Of a stretch of 64,000 bases of DNA, positions 60,296 through 64,000 are shown piece after piece (position 1 is the first letter of the stretch; every line of letters begins with the position of its first letter). The position numbers and the translations under genes were made by a program. The notes under the pieces were generated by a model. The model was not told the DNA's origin, made no database searches, and worked only from the letters and a program-made list of their open reading frames with translations. The DNA is taken from the NCBI RefSeq assembly GCF_964213995.1, contig NC_135830.1, forward strand, positions 8,246,001 to 8,310,000. The letters run 5' to 3'. This DNA is from Mustelus asterias (taxonomy: Eukaryota).

Positions 60296-61280
60296 ATCTA
60301 GAACATAGTTATAAAGAACTATCAAGATGTAAATACATACAGTAACGCATTAAGAGACACGCGCACAGACTCAGAGAAATGGAAGTAAACATTAATAGTC
60401 TGATAGAAATGTGGAATACAAAAAGGGGGATCATTACCGAGCAACAGGCACGAACACATGCGCATGTATTACGGGTGGCATTAAGAAATAAGCATAGATT
60501 TCACACAATAATGCAGTCATACACACAGAATTGCAGAAGAATAAAATATACACACTGTTGAAGACGCACAAATACCCAAATGAACATTCATAGGGAAATG
60601 AATACGGACATTAACACTCATACATATTAACTCGGAATCAAAGATTAATGCAGAACACGAGATGCTCATACGCACAGCACAAATATAAAATTTTAAATAC
60701 AAACGGCAAGCAACTGATTGAAATAAAATTCAAACTTGACTATATTAATTGGCACATCCTCTGAAAACTGTCCGTATTATACAATGAACGGACAAATACA
60801 CAGAAGGGGTGCCCTCACTGAGAAACTAGTTAATGATATACTAAACATTTCGAACATAACTAAACATAGAGGATGGGAACTCACATCTGAATTCCTAAAC
60901 AACAAAATTCATAGTTTGCAGATCAGTAGCAATCTGCTAAAATAATCATCATTGATCAGTGAACGTTCCGCGATATCAACTATAACATACTTCAATAAGG
61001 GATAGTGCCAAACTGTTCGAAAATGGACTGATCCTGAAGAAAAATTCTTAAGGACTATCTGACAGATTCTGTCTAAGGAATGCAAATAATGAACAGTTGT
61101 GAAGATAGTTACGGAGATCGGTTACTGAGTCTCCCGAACTTAACAGTAGATATAGTTTAAAAATTAAATTTGAGAATAAATTAACAGCGTAAGAAAGTGA
61201 AAATGTAATATAGAAATAACAATAAAATTTCCTGGATCAATTAAGTAAATTAATTATATTTCCTTGTCTACGTCCCCTAG

Positions 61281-61397
61281 ACTCCACAGACCGCATCTGG
61301 GTTGAAGACAATGAGGATCATAATGGCAACAGATGGACAACCGCTTCCGCGTTCATCGTCCTAATCTTCCTAAGCATTTTCTACAGCATCGCAATCA
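61281..61397 (+). pseudogene. IGHM: IgM TM1 exon (3' end and donor deleted)
   Basis: ccctAG|(D)STDRIWVEDNEDHNGNRWTTASAFIVLIFLSIFYSIAI, the conserved antigen-receptor TM motif WTTAS.F..LF..S.FYS. Confidence 0.88.
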
Positions 61398-61482
61398 GAA
61401 GGGATTTGAAAAGCCCCTAAATGTTTCCTTGATTAAAAACTTTTTAAATCATCTGCTTCATTATTTTATCTCTCTTTTCCAG

Positions 61483-61491
61483 CTCAAATGA
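61483..61491 (+). pseudogene. IGHM: IgM TM2 exon
   Basis: ctcttttccAG|CTC AAA TGA (LK-stop; canonical VK-stop). Confidence 0.7.
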
Positions 61492-63224
61492 TGGGCTGAA
61501 TTTTGGATTCTGTAGTTTTCCCTCTGCTGATTATTAAGATGTCTATATGGCACAAATACAATACCTGGTCTTGGTGATTCGAGGAGTAACATTCCGTCAG
61601 TTTATGTTCCGCACTTGTAACTGAGACAAGTGTTGTCGGTATTTCTGTTTTTCAACTTAAAATTTACGGCATAATTATAGTTGTAAGATGATTGTATCTT
61701 GGAGTTTCCCCTGAATTTAATGTATAAATAAGTACATTTTCATGAAACATATTCACAATTGTTCATTTTCCTTTATCTTGAAGTCCTGTGTTCTTTTTCT
61801 GGTTCTTGGTACAATTGTACATATATTGGACAGCTCAGAGCGCAAGTGTTCTATTCTCAGTGCAAAGTTCAATCTTCATTTTCCCTTTTGTGAGCTTTAA
61901 AATAGACTTTTCTGTAAAATGTTCTTTGAAATTTTTATTAAATCTTGAATGAAATATGAACAAAATAATCTTCGAGCGAGGGTGTAAAATCTCGCCCTAA
62001 TTCAATGAAAGAATTGCTGCGCCACGCAGCGACCTATGCTGTAAATACATCTTTACCTCGCCTTTTTATGATAAAGTCCAATGATTGAACAGCGAGAACC
62101 TCGATGATTTCGCTTCTAACTGGTCTGTCACTGTCACATGCCAGGTAATTATGAACAGCACGAACTCTGCTTCATCATAGACCGATGCAGGACATTGTGG
62201 GAGAAAATAGTTTCCTTTACAATGTCCCACCAAGCACGGCCGGTGTCGCAGCATCGTGGCTTGACTGAGTGAATCTCTATATTCCCCGATGAAATGCTCA
62301 CAAGAAATGCGTACCGCAGACTAGAATATAACACAAACAGAACAGGGGTGCAAAACATAAAGTGGCCCAAGTGACTGAGGTGTATTTCACACTAACATAT
62401 CATCGAATGCAAACTTCCAAATAAAAGGGCTGATGAGATTTACCAGAGTAAAATATTGATGAAATTCTTGAAACCTGGGGTGTATCTGACACAGTTCAGT
62501 GCAAACCGTGGGAATTGTTCCCAGGCTGGGCCTTACTGATACAGAGATTTCAGCTTCGCATTTTGTTTAAAATATACAGGCAGATACATTGTTCTCCCAC
62601 AGTTCAATTAGATAGTGAAAGGGTCCACTGTCAAGAAAGTACAATGGCTGTCTGCTTCCACCATTATGGTTGTAATCACTGCCTTCTGTATCCATGATGC
62701 ATTTCTCCCTCTTTCGCTCCACTTCCTTTGATGCTAACGCCCAGAACTCATGAGGATCACTCCAGGGATCCTCTCTCCCTGCTCCATTGTCTCTGATGCC
62801 ATCTCACTAAACTCACTGAGCAACACCTCAGAGTTGCAGAGCAGTTCCTTCAACAATTTTTCAGCGATTCCTTCGAAGACTTCCTGTTACAGGAATTTCA
62901 GCAAAAATAAAACTCTGTTGGGATCCCAGTATCTTCCAATGTTTTCATTCTACTGTGAGGCAATTGATCCTCTGCAGACTTGAGGTGCAGGCATGTTGTT
63001 ATTTGACGTTTAATATCACAAATTACAAGGAGGAAATAATTCAATGTGTTCCATTGTCTGTGGGTCTTCAGTCGATGGTAGCATTAATAGGAAGGCAGAT
63101 TATTAATTGAAATGACCTCAATTGAGAGAGACGGATAATCAGCGAGAACTTGGTTTCCTCGTGCATCAGTCGCTGAAAATAGGCATGCAGGTACTGCAAG
63201 CAGTGAGAAGACAGACTGCATGTC

Positions 63225-64000
63225 AGACCATTAGACCATTAGATTTAGGAGCAGAATTAGACCATTCGGCCCAAGGAGACTGCTCCTGCATTCAATCGTG
63301 GCAACTATGATTCTCATCCACACTCTCCTGCCTTCTCCCCAGAACTCTTGATCCCCTTATCCATCAAGAACCTATCTATCTCTGTCCTAAAGACGCTCAG
63401 TGACCTGACCGCCACAGCCCTCTATGACAATGAGTTCCACAGATTCACCACTCTCAAGCTGAGGAAATTCCTTCTTCTCTCAGTTTTAAAGGAGCGTCTC
63501 TTCACTCTGACTTTGTGCCCTCGAGTTCTCGTCGCTCTCACAACTGGAAACATTCTCTCCACGTTCACTCTAACCAGGCCTCTCAGTATTCTGTAAGTTT
63601 CAACGAGATCCCCCCAGATCCTTCTAAACTCCATCGAGTATAGGCGCAGACTCTTCAACCGCTCCTCATATGAAAAACCCTTCATTCCTGCGATCATTCT
63701 TGTGAACCTCCTGGTGCCCCTCCAAGGCCAGCGCATCCTTCCTAAGGTATAGGGCCAAAAACTGCTCACACGATTTCAAATAGAGTCTGACCAGAGCCCT
63801 ATATACCCTCAATAGCACATCCCTCATCTTATATTCTAGCCCTGTAGAAATGAATGCAAATGTTGAATTTGCCTTCTCAACTGCCAACTGAACCTGCATG
63901 TTAACAATCAGAGAGTCCTGAGCTCGGACTCCTAAGTCCACTTGTGCACAGATTTCGGAAGCCTTTCCCAATTGAGAAGATTTTCTATGCTTCTCTTCTT
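63225..64000 (-). mobile_element. CR1 LINE 3' fragment
   Basis: RRFTRMI.GMKGFSYEERL, LYSMEFRR and LRVVNLWNSL motifs. Confidence 0.88.

Overview
Eukaryotic genomic DNA, almost certainly from a cartilaginous fish (shark). The evidence is the shark-type IgM exons, HE1/V-SINE-like and SacSINE1-like SINEs, and CR1 (HER1-like) LINEs. Much of the window is retroelement debris (CR1, Rex1/Babar, Penelope-like, tRNA-derived SINEs) and simple repeats. Embedded in it are five groups of genes. (i) Two intact two-exon GPR139/142-like class A GPCR genes; the ORF track does not join their exons. (ii) Three TCR alpha/delta-type V segments, each with a leader exon and a 23-RSS, in mixed orientation (two pseudogenes, one open but defective). 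(iii) A 3' stub of a NAR-like V with an RSS. (iv) About 19 mostly decayed tRNA genes and fragments (Val, Arg, Gln, Glu, Asn, Ile), including a triplicated palindromic tRNA-Gln cassette. (v) An IgM heavy-chain cluster in which almost all of VH, the D segments and JH are missing. A Penelope fragment carrying a minimal hammerhead ribozyme sits at that breakpoint, so promoter and leader lie about 0.9 kb from Cmu1. All calls were made by eye and by recall of family motifs, with no database searches. Repeat boundaries are approximate.
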